DNA of 62,889 nt, counting the filler, from Stramenopiles sp. TOSAG23-3 (taxonomy: Eukaryota): NCBI GenBank assembly GCA_900128585.1. It is 7 parts of 7 records of this genome, joined end to end, with 100 filler letters (N's around TTAATTAATTAA, not from the genome) between each part and the next. Parts side by side here need not be neighbours in the genome. Positions count along the whole stretch, not along the records: positions 30,743 to 40,840 come from LT642847.1; positions 40,941 to 51,030 come from LT642848.1; 5 more parts are not named here. One strand, 5' to 3'. The translations under genes were made by a program, and so were the position numbers. This document shows positions 33,932-43,083 of this stretch, piece by piece (the first letter of the stretch is position 1; each line of letters starts with the position of its first letter). The notes under the pieces are model-generated. The model worked only from the letters and a program-made list of their open reading frames with translations. It searched no databases and was not told the DNA's origin.

Positions 33932-35161
33932 ATGGCTGCCTTGGTAGGACAAGAGAAGCCTTCAGACTGGGATGAGCTTACGGGGAAGAGGCCAGACATT
34001 TTTTTGAAAGGGCAGGCTACAGAAGAGGAAAAGAAACAAATAGCTCGTATGAAGGAAGTTATTGGTGAAGAGGTGCTGAGCGCTTCTCCGTTGAAGGACC
34101 AAGAGGAGAACGTTTCCGATGACAAGTTCTTGAGGTTTCTTCGAGGTCGAGGCTACGACGGTGACGTCGAGGCCAGCGCTGAAGCGTACACGGCGATGCT
34201 CAAGTTTCGGAAAGATAACAACATTGATGAACGTCGGAGCGACATTCTTAAAATGGGGTTGGACGTGTACCCGAACCGATGGCCACAGTACAAACCGTTG
34301 TGGGACATCATAGCAAAAGGCATGCGAGAATGCTATTCTTTTGATAAGTTTGGAAACTTGGTGACCGTGACCTCTATCGGGGACCTAGATATAAGGAAAG
34401 TGCTCGACAAAGAACTCGGTAATTTGTACGTCCAATATACGCAAACACTGGACGAGTGGTACAATCTTAAATTGTTCAATCTGTCAAAAGAACGTGGCAT
34501 GTGCGTAGGGCGGCACGATGTCATTAACGTGACCACGTTTGGCCTTTTTCAGTTTAATGGTGCGTGTTACAAGTTCTTGGAGCGAGTCTTTGAAGGGAAT
34601 GGCCATTATCCAGAATCCTGCGTCCGCATAACGAGCTGCGGGAACGGGTGGTTAGCGATGATGGCGTGGAATATAATGCGCCCCTTCATTCCCGCCAGAA
34701 CCAAACAGAAACTCCGAGCGGTTGGCGTAGACTTTCTTCCCGTACTTTTGGAGTCTTTGGATGCGGACCAAATCCCGGCCTGCTGGGGGGGGATCAAGAA
34801 CGACACGGAGTTTGATCGCTTGTTTCGGAAGGACGAGCACGGGTCCACGACTGCATGGGTCTCTCGCAGGGACGACTTTCATGTTCAACTCAACATAAAC
34901 CAGCCAGGCACGACAGTCGAGTGGGTGTGGAAATTAGATAGTTACACGATTGGGTTTCAAGCCACGTTCGCTGCCGCAACAGACCTAAAAGAATCAGAAG
35001 TTGTCGCGCCAGCAATCGTTGACGCTTCAGAAGGGGAGCTAAAGGGAGAGTACGTGGCAGAGGTGCCTGGTACTTTGGTGTTGAAATGGGACAACACCAG
35101 CAGCATTTTTCGTTCAAAAAAGATCATGTACAGAGTGAAGAAGACGCAGGCCAAGAAATAA
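33932..35161 (+). CDS. Sec14-like CRAL-TRIO + GOLD domain lipid-transfer protein
   Basis: DDKFLRFLRGR, DKFG, HYPE, WNIMRPFIPARTKQK and QIPACWGG, followed by a GOLD domain with PGTLVLKWDNTSSIFRSKKIMY. Confidence 0.93.
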   Translation: MAALVGQEKPSDWDELTGKRPDIFLKGQATEEEKKQIARMKEVIGEEVLSASPLKDQEENVSDDKFLRFLRGRGYDGDVEASAEAYTAMLKFRKDNNIDERRSDILKMGLDVYPNRWPQYKPLWDIIAKGMRECYSFDKFGNLVTVTSIGDLDIRKVLDKELGNLYVQYTQTLDEWYNLKLFNLSKERGMCVGRHDVINVTTFGLFQFNGACYKFLERVFEGNGHYPESCVRITSCGNGWLAMMAWNIMRPFIPARTKQKLRAVGVDFLPVLLESLDADQIPACWGGIKNDTEFDRLFRKDEHGSTTAWVSRRDDFHVQLNINQPGTTVEWVWKLDSYTIGFQATFAAATDLKESEVVAPAIVDASEGELKGEYVAEVPGTLVLKWDNTSSIFRSKKIMYRVKKTQAKK

Positions 35162-35254
35162 TTTATGCACCCAATCGCCAAGAACAGCACTTGGGAAAAA
35201 ATTAACGAAAACGTAATCTTGATCTCGGTTCGATAATTTATAAAAAAATAATAT

Positions 35255-35293
35255 ACAAGAAAATTGGCTGTTATTTAAGTAATTAAATTTAGC
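35255..35293 (+). repeat. Family A element (hairpin core)
   Basis: ACAAGAAAATTGGCTGTTATTTAAGTAATTAAATTTAGC, about 93 bp after the Sec14 stop. Confidence 0.9.
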
Positions 35294-35408
35294 AATACGT
35301 AAATATATTTATTTTTGTGAATGCAGAAGTAAAGAGTAAGATTATTAAATTTATTAAGTCAACACGCTCATGTACATAAACGACGGCTATATATATTTAA
35401 TGATTGAT

Positions 35409-35460
35409 TTAAAATGAGAGTCTTAAAACATACTAACACATAATTTGTTTTCTTATACAA
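35409..35460 (+). repeat. Family B element
   Basis: 27-bp exact match to 19211-19237 (reverse complement). Confidence 0.8.
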
Positions 35461-36654
35461 TCATCATTTTTGTTGTGAGGAGAAGAAGAGAAAAAATTGC
35501 TTTTTTTATATTTTTTTTTTTTTTTTTTTTTTCGTCGTTCTCTTCTCTCTTCTCTCTTCTCTCTTCTTCGGTCTACTTTTTTGGTGTTGTGTTTTAGTTT
35601 TCCTTTAAAAAACCTAACCCTAATAACTTAGTGTTAAATACGAGTATACTGTGTACCCAACCCTAATGACCTTGCTTAAATTATAATACATTTTAAATTA
35701 AAACTAACTAGTCTAATAATAGGCAAAGTAATCTGTCTAGTTTTAGTTGTACGATGATTAGAGATTAGTCAGCAGCCAGGGTTGGTGGAAGGTGGAACTG
35801 GAACTTCAACAGTTTTAAATTTAGATGACTACGAGGAGTCGTTCTTTAATAAATCAAATGCGAGGGAGGGGTGCGTATTTATTATAGTCGAAGTCGGTCT
35901 CCTCGTTATATAATACGTAGACGATTACGAGGAGCAGTGCAACATTGTTTATTAGAGACTACTAGTCAGTCTATTCGTATAACGACTATAGTAGTACTAA
36001 TAATAATAGTCTAGTTTAAATTACGTCCATTTCGCTTGATTTCGTTTGTACATACAACACTACCGGTAGTCGTCTAATAATAATAATAACAGCAGAAATG
36101 CAGAAAAAACGTTGTTGATTGGTTTGATTGCAAAGCAACAAGTAAAAATATATCAAACAAACAACAAACAAACAAACAAAACAACATTATAACTGAAAGA
36201 GATTAATCTATTGAGAATGTAGTTGTCGTCTATGAAGAGCAGAGACAAAGTACCTGGGTACCTAGGCATAATACCTGGTATTATACAGGTACTGGTTTGT
36301 GTTATTGTTCTTTTCTTTTTCTCCACTTCTTCAGATGAATACTGTATTATGATGATGATGAGATTATTATTTCTTCTTTTTTTTCTTTCTAAATATAGTT
36401 GTTCTAATAATAAAATAGCAACAAGCAGCTTGATTATATTATATTTTGTACACTATTAGCTTTTTGTACATTTCAAGACAGACCAGTCTTACTTCTACGA
36501 ATAGTGTTGGTGGGAGATATAACTCAACAGTTCTAACTGAAATGCTTACAAAGTTACGCCGGCAATAGAAGTGGGCCTGCGGAAGCAACCCATGAGTTCG
36601 CATAAAACTCTGTCGTTCTCTAGTAAGTGCACCGGAAGTGTAAGGTTCTTCAGT

Positions 36655-36969
36655 ATGTTCAGCAGGTACGTTGCCAAGGCAACTGTACTCTGCCTCGCGC
36701 TATTCTTTGTGTTGGCTTTCGCTCAAATGGAGCTTCGAAGCCCGACCGCAGAGGAGTTGGCAGCACAAGGTGTCACTAACAATCTTATCTGCGATTATGC
36801 TATAGATTATGACTGTCCGAATTGGCGGATCCTGTGGGAGGAACCTGCAGTAATAGAAGCACACTTGCAGCGGATACGCCGCCTGAGGTGGCTACAATCA
36901 GTCTATGGCAGATCTGTTATGCTTGGGGACGGAGAATATTCGGCTTACATGTCTCCACAGCGGCTATAA
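36655..36969 (+). CDS. Small putative secreted protein (104 aa)
   Basis: ATG 36655; signal-peptide-like KATVLCLALFFVLAFA; coding-like GC island; no recognisable family. Confidence 0.5.
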   Translation: MFSRYVAKATVLCLALFFVLAFAQMELRSPTAEELAAQGVTNNLICDYAIDYDCPNWRILWEEPAVIEAHLQRIRRLRWLQSVYGRSVMLGDGEYSAYMSPQRL

Positions 36970-37338
36970 GGAAATGTACAGGCAGGTGTACCAGCGGCAC
37001 TAAAGAGGGTGTAATTTTATTAGAAAACAAAGATTATCCCCAAAGGGAACTTGCCCGAGACCCCCCCGGGGTGGGATGAGGTGGACTGCCCCACAGAACA
37101 CAGAGAGGCATGGGGGAGAGAGGCAAAGGCCAGGAAAGTCACAATCTTGGGTTTTGTGTGAGAATACTTTTAATATTGTAAGTACTCTCGTACGCAATTT
37201 TTTAATACTAAAAAACGAGAGTCCACATATTAAAGTTTTAAATTAACGGGGAAAAAAATCAACCAAAACAAAACATTTAAATTTTGGAGACCTTTTTAAA
37301 TAAAAATATATCTTACATTTTTTTAATTAAACATACAA

Positions 37339-37365
37339 TAAATAACAGCCAAATTTTTGTTTTTA
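37339..37365 (-). repeat. Family A element, truncated 5' half
   Basis: AAATAACAGCCAAATTTTTGTTTTTA, about 130 bp past the stop of the minus-strand EXPERA gene. Confidence 0.7.
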
Positions 37366-37495
37366 ATTTTGGAAAAACTCTTTCTACTTTACTTTGACCT
37401 TCACCCTTGCTCAGTTCAGGCCTTCGACCTTTTAGCCCCTTGCGGTTGCATATCGGGCGGAATGTTCAAATGCTAGGCCTAAGACACGATAAGCT

Positions 37496-38263
37496 TTACT
37501 CAGCCTTTTCTTTGCATTCCGCTCGAACTCGGTTGAAGAGCATGTACCCTGGAACAATGGCCCAGATCCAATTGATCAATACCCCAAAGTAAACGAAGAA
37601 CAGATTGAATGGTGTAAACGGCGGGTGGCATTCAGCAACGCCCATCGGGTGCATATTCAGACACCCGTTCAGCATGTCTGGAACGACAAACAGCACTGCG
37701 CCATATGCCGCCATGGTCAGCACAATGACTTCTAAGCTTTTGTGCCACGTGGTACCGTTGGAAATCGAGACGGCAGTGAGGAAAGACATCCAAGAATACA
37801 GGAACAGCTCCATGGCGTTGAGTGTCTTGGCCAGGTTTGCTTCGTACGCAGATGGGCCTCCAGGCTGGTCAATCAAATGCCTTCGATAACGGCGATCAAT
37901 CATTTGGTACCCTTCCTTGTGCAACAGGGGCATGAAGCCGTACTCCGAAAAGGCGCCATTCAGACCGTCCATGATCACGTAGATTAGTATGGAGTTCCAC
38001 AAGTGCCAGTTGCAGCACAGGCTTTCCGACCTGGACAGAGTTTTCTTGGAGTCCTTTGTCATGTGACGAAACAATAAAAACATGGCTACACCGACCAACA
38101 CGGCGGGGTCAAGCAGGTATTTTGTCACCACCTCCATAGAAGGGACTTTCAAATTTATGGAGTGGCTCTTTTCATCTGCCGATACAAATAGAATAGAAAT
38201 GAACGACCCAAACAGGAAGTTTAAGGTTGGATCAAATACATTGTACAGATTCTTAGGGGCCAT
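37496..38263 (-). CDS. EXPERA/emopamil-binding-protein-like membrane protein (sterol isomerase superfamily)
   Basis: Multiple TM helices with WHLWNSILIYVIMDG, GYQMIDRRY, AMEL and FFVYFGVLINWIWAIVP. Confidence 0.78.
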   Translation of the reverse strand: MAPKNLYNVFDPTLNFLFGSFISILFVSADEKSHSINLKVPSMEVVTKYLLDPAVLVGVAMFLLFRHMTKDSKKTLSRSESLCCNWHLWNSILIYVIMDGLNGAFSEYGFMPLLHKEGYQMIDRRYRRHLIDQPGGPSAYEANLAKTLNAMELFLYSWMSFLTAVSISNGTTWHKSLEVIVLTMAAYGAVLFVVPDMLNGCLNMHPMGVAECHPPFTPFNLFFVYFGVLINWIWAIVPGYMLFNRVRAECKEKAE

Positions 38264-38935
38264 CGTGCGCTTGCTTCAGTATATTTTTTTAACGGGGGGG
38301 ATAAGTGGTGCGTAAAAAAAACACTTCCTCTTTCGACTAGGCGTATATCCGATATTCTGGACGCAATAAAATTTGTATTTTTCTTCCAACTCAAACAACA
38401 GATATTTTTTATCAAACACAGACTCATCAAAAAAAATTCAAAAAAAAAAAAAAAAAGAGGAGAAGTAAGAAGAAGATTATGATAAATATACAACAAGAAG
38501 CAAGAAGAAGCAAGAAGAAGAAGAAGACCAACAAGAAGGAAGAATGAGTGATGATGAATGATGAAAATGAAGAAGAGAAGAAGAATGATGATGAATGATG
38601 AAGAAAGAAAATTAAGAAGGAAGAAGAAGAAGGAATGAATGACCACCACGAAAAACTTTTTTAATTAAAGATAAAAATATTTTTCCCCCACCAATAAATG
38701 AAAAGAAAAATTAGTATCCATTTCCAATACAGACACACCAACGGAGTGAGTAAGATTTTAAGAAGAAGAATTGCGTTTGAGTGGTGTTGGAGAGAATACT
38801 TTTCCACCCTTCCGTTCAACGCATATTATAGTTATTCTTTTGCAAGACTGCTTAGCTGTGAAAATAGACGGGCCTTTCATTGGTGGCCGTGGTCACTTTG
38901 TCACTTTGCTGCCGCCACGCGTTGTATTTGCTTAA

Positions 38936-40735
38936 ATGCCTCTAGGAAAATCTATTGGTTTATTTCAAAAATCACGCAGTGCGTTGATCGTACGTTCTAC
39001 GCTCATATTGTGCTGTCTAATAGTGTTGGTGAAAGACCATTCGGCAGCAGCCGTACGGGGTGTTCCGCCCTTGTCCAGTGCTGGGGGCAGGAACGATTTA
39101 GCCGCGGAGAAGTACAAAGATACCGACAATTTTTATTGCTATTTTGCAGATGGAACGCCCAGTAACGGTGTGGTTGCAGATGCTTCGCCACAGCAGTTAC
39201 CGAGCAGTAGAATAAACGACGACTACTGCGACTGCCTGGACGGAACCGACGAACCGGGGACGTCTGCGTGTTCTCATGTCCCGTCCTTACATTTTTTTTG
39301 CTCGAACGACCCATCGAACACGCTATACATTCATTCCAGTCGCGTAAACGACGGCGTTTGTGACTGTTGCGACGGGGAAGATGAGCAGCACGGGAACCGT
39401 GGTGCTGTGTCTATTTGTCCCGATACCTGCAAAGAACGGGCACTCTTGCTCTTAAGGGACAAGCAGGACTTGGCAGAGCAGTTCCGGAGGGGGTTAAAGG
39501 AAAAATCAGCATTTTTGTCGCAAGCTGAGGAGCTAGTAAACGAGCGCATCGTTCGCAAACGATCGCTGGAGACGAAGCAGTCGTCCCTTGAACGGGCCTT
39601 GCCGTTTCTCCAGTCGTTGGTCGAGGTGAAAGAAGCGAAAGAGGAAGACTACAGGTCGCAACTTTCCTGGAGGGTGGACAAGCACTACGTTGACACCATT
39701 GGCTTGGTGCGCTTTGACGTTGAGTTTTTGATGGAAATAGTGCTCCCAAACGTTTGTATAAATGGGGGCAGCACAGCCGTTGAAATGCTGAAGAAGAATT
39801 TTCCAATTTATGAGCCGGGAAAAAACAAAGGGAAAGTAATAAATATCGTGGAATTGTCCACTGCATTTAGAGAGAAAGTGGGAAAGGGCGGATCTGGGGG
39901 AAATAATGAGGAAGAGCAAGCGGAAACAGACGAAATAGGCTTCCAGCTAGTTGGAAACATAACCACAGCTTCAAGATGGGCGCAGCACGCGCCCAGTCTT
40001 CTCTCTCGGTCGAAGCAGAAAAAAATAGCCCATACAATTTTTCTGGTCGCCAACGCCACGGACACCCTGGAGTATTTGGCGACCCTGGCGTTCGAAGAGT
40101 GGGCGAAACGAAAGAGCAAAGAGCAGATGGATACTTCCGGTATATTGTCCGAAGGCGAGGAGAAGGAAGTAGAAGAACGGGCCAAGCGTTTGACTGAATT
40201 TGTCAACACGGAGCGCAAATCAATACGCGAGCAAGTTCGAATGGCAGAGCCTGCGCAACAGCGGTTTTTTCACGCCTCGAGCGCCCTGCAAGACACCCGC
40301 GAAGAGATTCAGCTCGTTAAAAAACAAGAAACCATGGGGTTTGGGGCGAACAACAGCTTCCTTCCCCTTATGGGCGAGTGTTTTCCTCATAACGTGGGAA
40401 AGTACACGTACAAAATATGCATGTTTGAGAACGCCCAACAAGACCACACAAGCCTGGGAAAGTTCGATTACTTTAAACACGAATTGGCGGAGCAAGGGGA
40501 AGTCGCAGAAATGAAGTTTACGGGCGGCCAGGGTTGCCCTGGTGGACAATCTCGTGAAATGCTCGTGCGATTCAGCTGCGGGGAATCGAACGTATTCAAG
40601 AAAGTGGAAGAACCCTCCCCTTGCTCTTACGAAGCACAATTCATCACGCCTGCTCTGTGCGGGGAGAAAGAGGAAAGGTTTGTCAATGATGTCGACACCG
40701 AGTTTGCTAAAATTGACGGTATGGGGGAGGGTTAA
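38936..40735 (+). CDS. PRKCSH: Glucosidase II beta subunit-like (PRKCSH) protein
   Basis: RINDDYCDCLDGTDEPGTSAC and SRVNDGVCDCCDGEDE (LDLa-like), coiled coil, and C-terminal MRH domain YTYKICMF..GGQGCPGGQSR..VEEPSPCSY. Confidence 0.88.
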   Translation: MPLGKSIGLFQKSRSALIVRSTLILCCLIVLVKDHSAAAVRGVPPLSSAGGRNDLAAEKYKDTDNFYCYFADGTPSNGVVADASPQQLPSSRINDDYCDCLDGTDEPGTSACSHVPSLHFFCSNDPSNTLYIHSSRVNDGVCDCCDGEDEQHGNRGAVSICPDTCKERALLLLRDKQDLAEQFRRGLKEKSAFLSQAEELVNERIVRKRSLETKQSSLERALPFLQSLVEVKEAKEEDYRSQLSWRVDKHYVDTIGLVRFDVEFLMEIVLPNVCINGGSTAVEMLKKNFPIYEPGKNKGKVINIVELSTAFREKVGKGGSGGNNEEEQAETDEIGFQLVGNITTASRWAQHAPSLLSRSKQKKIAHTIFLVANATDTLEYLATLAFEEWAKRKSKEQMDTSGILSEGEEKEVEERAKRLTEFVNTERKSIREQVRMAEPAQQRFFHASSALQDTREEIQLVKKQETMGFGANNSFLPLMGECFPHNVGKYTYKICMFENAQQDHTSLGKFDYFKHELAEQGEVAEMKFTGGQGCPGGQSREMLVRFSCGESNVFKKVEEPSPCSYEAQFITPALCGEKEERFVNDVDTEFAKIDGMGEG

Positions 40736-40763
40736 GGCAGAGAGTGCGTGCGTGCAAGAATTT

Positions 40764-40835
40764 ACAAGAAAAATTTGGCTGTTATTTTTTATAGTAATTA
40801 AAATTAAAGAAAAAAAGAAGGTGTCAGTTCAAGAA
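40764..40835 (+). repeat. Family A element, subfamily with AAAGAAGGTGTCAGTTCAAGAA tail
   Basis: Shares core and tail with 58258-58342; begins 28 bp after the PRKCSH stop. Confidence 0.85.
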
Positions 40836-40940
40836 CAATGNNNNNNNNNNNNNNNNNNNNNNNNNNNNNNNNNNNNNNNNNNNNTTAATTAATTAANNNN
40901 NNNNNNNNNNNNNNNNNNNNNNNNNNNNNNNNNNNNNNNN

Positions 40941-41007
<67 letters not shown>

Positions 41008-41220
41008 AAAGAAAGAATAAATAGTATATTATTTTAGTATAAGAAGAAGACGAAGAAGAAGACGAAGAAGAAGAAAAAGAAGAAGAAAAAAGAAGAAGAA
41101 AAAGAAAAAAGAAGAAGAAAAAAAAGAAGAAGAAAAAAAGAAGAAGAAAAAGAAGAAGAAAAAGAAGAAGAAGAAGAAAAAGAAGAAGAAGAAGAAGAAG
41201 GAGGAGAAAGAGAAGAAGAA
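40941..41220 (+). repeat. (GAAA)n/(GAA)n microsatellite upstream of the SENP gene
   Basis: Seen directly. Confidence 0.95.
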
Positions 41221-41293
41221 GGGGTAATTTTTTATATTTTGATTTACTAATTACTGAACGTCGTTTAAATTTATTGTTGAACTCTTCTGGTAT

Positions 41294-42628
41294 ATGAAAC
41301 ATAATTGCCAATTACGTTGTTTGGCCAAACAATCCCACTCCATTTCACCATTTCTATCGCAGGTGTCGGTGTTTGACTTGTCTTTGCACTCGTACCGCCG
41401 AAGAATGTATTCTTCCTCCCAGTTTGTAATTGACGGCAAAGGGACGGGTGCGCCAGGCGTTGGCTCGCTGGACGCATACCGGCGTCAGGTTAGTAATGGG
41501 TATTACCTTCTTCAGCAAGGATTGTCGGGGATTGTAATGGAACATCAGCCTCCTCGAAAAGTTCAAGCCGAGTGGCAGAGAACCCGCGCATTTCACGTGG
41601 AGAGTGAAATCAACAACACAGTCGTAGGAATTGAGAGTGTGCGTCGGAAACGAAAAGTTTCCATGGGGCACTTGCGAGCCGAGGCTTTGCAGAAAAAGGC
41701 CGATAGAATATCGTACGCAGAAAGAAAGGTGGCCCACCTGGAACACGACATGGTTGCGATGCATGCCAGACAGGAAGCACAAATAGCAGAAAAAGACGAT
41801 GATTTGGCAAAGCTAATGGAGGAAATAGCGCTTGAAGAGCAACTGTTGGAAACACAAAAGCAACAGTCGGCTGGGAAGCCCGCGTCCATGAAACGACGGA
41901 CCAAGAACAGGCGTCCATTGGCCCCGGACGAGAGCCAGTTGGCGCGTAATGTTACAGGTGCCTTGGGCGGCAGGATGAGTGAGGTGATTGTGTCGGCATT
42001 TAAAGTGAATATGACCAGGCAACTGTTGTCGTGCCTAGTTGGGGCAAACTGGTTGAACGATGAAGTCGTCAATTTTTATCGTGAGCTGATGGCGGAGCGG
42101 GAGTTAAAGCGCATGGAGACGACGGGAACGCCTCGGGAAGTTTGGTTTGCGAATTCCTTCTTTTTTGCAAAATTGCTGTCACAGCAAGAAGGGTACCAGT
42201 ACAAAAACGTCCGGAGGTGGACAAAGCGAGCCAAAGTGGACATATTTTCCTTGCGAACCATGATAATTCCTGTGAACATCGCCAATTCCCATTGGGTGTT
42301 GGCAGTGATTAATTTTATAGAGAAAACGCTAACGTACTACGACAGCATGGGATCTGGTGGGGGAACGGTTCTAGACGCTTTGCATAGGTACATCCAAGAC
42401 GAACATGAGAATAAAAAAAAATCCCCTCTGCCAAACCTTGGAGAATGGAGGAAAGTATCTCCAGGACGTGCTGTGCCCCAGCAGGGTAATTGCAGTGACT
42501 GCGGTGTCTTCATGAGCCAATTTGCAAACTACATAGCAGAACAAAGTGAATTGGACTTCTCGCAAGCTGACATGCCGTATTTTCGCAATCGCATGGCAGT
42601 AGAGATTGCACGGAAACAGTTGCTGTAA
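41294..42628 (+). CDS. Ulp1/SENP SUMO protease (peptidase C48)
   Basis: WLNDEVVNFY, NSFFF, VRRWT, catalytic HW (SHWVLAVI), YYDSM and PQQGNCSDCGVF. The start codon is uncertain. Confidence 0.95.
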   Translation: MKHNCQLRCLAKQSHSISPFLSQVSVFDLSLHSYRRRMYSSSQFVIDGKGTGAPGVGSLDAYRRQVSNGYYLLQQGLSGIVMEHQPPRKVQAEWQRTRAFHVESEINNTVVGIESVRRKRKVSMGHLRAEALQKKADRISYAERKVAHLEHDMVAMHARQEAQIAEKDDDLAKLMEEIALEEQLLETQKQQSAGKPASMKRRTKNRRPLAPDESQLARNVTGALGGRMSEVIVSAFKVNMTRQLLSCLVGANWLNDEVVNFYRELMAERELKRMETTGTPREVWFANSFFFAKLLSQQEGYQYKNVRRWTKRAKVDIFSLRTMIIPVNIANSHWVLAVINFIEKTLTYYDSMGSGGGTVLDALHRYIQDEHENKKKSPLPNLGEWRKVSPGRAVPQQGNCSDCGVFMSQFANYIAEQSELDFSQADMPYFRNRMAVEIARKQLL

Positions 42629-42932
42629 AGTCAGGCACTTGTCGGTTTGAAAATGTTGCACACATTGTGAATATGGGTACAAATAATATTATTTTAAAGA
42701 TGGTCCAGTGTAAAGTAGAGTACAAATTTTGTTCCTTTTTTTGTTAAAAAACAAATTTTAAGACTTCTTCAATTAAAACAAAAATAATGGCGCTGTTTTT
42801 TTTTTTTAGACTTTTAAAAAATTGAAAAACTTTTCTTCTGACTTCTTCTCTTCTTACTCTTGTGGTGTTAATATGATATCATAATAATAATAAAGTTTAA
42901 AAACAAGAAAATAAATTGGCTACAATTTAGTT

Positions 42933-43020
42933 ACAAAACTACAGAACCAAGTTAGGATTAGGGTATGAGGAAGCTAAATTTAATATTACTACTTAAATAA
43001 CAGCCAATTTTCTTGTTTTA
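42933..43020 (-). repeat. Family A element, full length
   Basis: Reverse complement reads TAAAACAAGAAAATTGGCTGTTATTTAAGTAGTAATATTAAATTTAGCTTCCTCATACCCTAATCCTAACTTGGTTCTGTAGTTTTGT, about 63 bp past the K+ channel stop. Confidence 0.92.
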
Positions 43021-43083
43021 TTTATAAGTAATTATTTTATGATTACAAAACATTTTTATTTTTCAAAACCAAAACCTGTAAAC

